A stretch of DNA of 64,000 nucleotides from Candidatus Krumholzibacteriia bacterium (lineage in GTDB: Bacteria; Krumholzibacteriota; Krumholzibacteriia; Krumholzibacteriales; Krumholzibacteriaceae): NCBI GenBank assembly GCA_963836185.1, contig CAWIIQ010000001.1:1920001-1984000 (forward strand). Direction: 5' to 3'. This document shows, piece after piece, positions 62,812-64,000 of the stretch. The position numbers and the translations under genes are program-made. The stretch's first letter is position 1; each line of letters opens with the position of its first letter. The notes beneath the pieces are model-generated. The model did not search any database, was not told where the DNA came from, and worked only from the letters and a program-made list of their open reading frames with translations.

Positions 62812-64000
62812 CTACCTCAGAAGGATCATCTTACGGCTCATCTCGAGATCTCCTACCATGAGACGGTAGAAGTAGACTCCGCTCGATATCTGCCTTCCGT
62901 GCATGTCCGTCGCGTCCCACGTGACACTGACTTCACCCGCGGCTACTACGTCGTCGACGAGCGTCTGAACGAGCTCACCCTTGACGTTGTAGACGTTCAG
63001 GACGGCCCTGCCCCTCTCCGGCACGCTGAATGTGATCGTCGTGACTGGGTTGAAGGGATTGGGGAAGTTCTGCTTGAGAGCGAACGGGATCGTCGGGGTC
63101 TCCTCGGTTACATCGATCCAGCACGTGTTGAAATATGCCAGGTCGAGTATCTGTGGACTCCCCAGATCGTCGTACGCCTCGTCGAGATAGAAGCTCCTGT
63201 TCGCCTGCGTGGAGCACTCGTATGTAGAGTTCATCAGGTACTTGAACTCTACGAACTTGCCTGACGAGTCGGGGAAAATAATCGATGTCGCGTAGATACC
63301 GTCGCCCGCTGTATCGTCCGGCCCGGTCCCGTCATCGGCCATAGGATTGATCGAGGGGATCGCCCAGCTGAGCACGAGCGGAAGCTGGTTGTTCTCGTTG
63401 CCGTTTACCGCGATCGTATCGCCCGCTCCCGGCTTGACCCACCTCGTGTCGACCTTGAAGACGACCTCGATCGCTTTTCCGATCGTGCTGCAGCGATCGT
63501 AGTACTGCAGGGGCATCACGATCGGGCCCATTGTTCCGCCTATCGTATCGAACTCGGCGTCGTTGAGCCATACGTTCCTGTCGCCCTCGAGCTGACACTC
63601 GTAAACGTCGTTATAGACATACTTGTACCCGACGTTCTTCGGAGAAAGGGGACCGAACCTGACAACGAGGGAATAGATGCCGTCAGCTGCCGTGGCATCG
63701 GGATAGATCCCGTCGTCGGCCATCTCGTTGAGAGAGGGTACGTCGAAGCTCAGCGGCGCGGCGTTTCCGTTAATCGCCATGATGCTGTCGAGAGTCGCGC
63801 CGTAAGTGTTGGCATCGACTGTAAAGACCACGTCGATGGCGTGGGCGGTAAAGCTGCCCGCGTCCTCATCGTGCCACCAGTACTCGAGTGTATCCCACGG
63901 GCTGTCATCAGTGATCAGGTGGGTCCTGTTCGCTGCGAAGGGCTCGTACTCCGAGCACTGGTGCGCGAACTTCCACTCGAGGGTGGTGTCTGGCTACTAC
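62812..64000 (-). CDS. Secreted repeat protein with CBM20-like / 'choice-of-anchor X'-like modules and T9SS/FlgD-type C-terminal domain; 5' part outside the window
   Basis: Repeated VVFxVD...MADDGxxPDxTAxDGIY...YKY modules; LKQNFPNPFNPVTTITF...WDATD..G..ISSGVYFYRL...KMILLR. Frame is open to 63993; another probable indel at the window edge. Confidence 0.82.

Noticed and set aside
1-64000. tRNA, rRNA, riboswitches, IS elements, integrases, prophage
   Set aside because: None recognisable by eye; intergenic gaps are short. An Infernal/Rfam scan would be needed to exclude small RNAs.

Overview
A GC-rich (~60%) bacterial chromosomal window with no rRNA, tRNA, CRISPR array or mobile element that I can support. 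FlgD/T9SS-type C-terminal domains and a PorV-like gene suggest an FCB-group lineage such as Krumholzibacteriota/Latescibacterota (inference). About 17 genes are broken by single-base indels, most likely long-read consensus errors, so I reconstructed them by eye. Content in order: RND efflux genes; a NYN protein; an anSME / truncated trigger factor / Ser-type sulfatase cluster; malFG; an ECF / anti-sigma / RND stress module; a beta-barrel plus TPR-regulator cassette; malE; a signalling island; a hidden 58-aa histone-fold gene; a split ADP-forming acyl-CoA synthetase; a TetR / LolCDE-like ABC / LolA-like operon; two exported methyltransferases; and a 15-kb alpha-glucan locus without SusC/SusD. 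Best candidates for novelty: (1) the 27.6-36.1 kb island (RsbW, STAS, ECF, anti-sigma, a 655-aa Met-rich 12-residue-repeat protein, a zincin/propeller/barrel surface protein, PrsW), linked by a duplicated promoter CCAACTTT-N12-CTGTATTTA; (2) the bacterial histone masked by a frameshift; (3) the PorV plus CBM48-barrel alpha-glucan machinery; (4) the PPIase-less trigger factor coupled to the sulfatase maturase.
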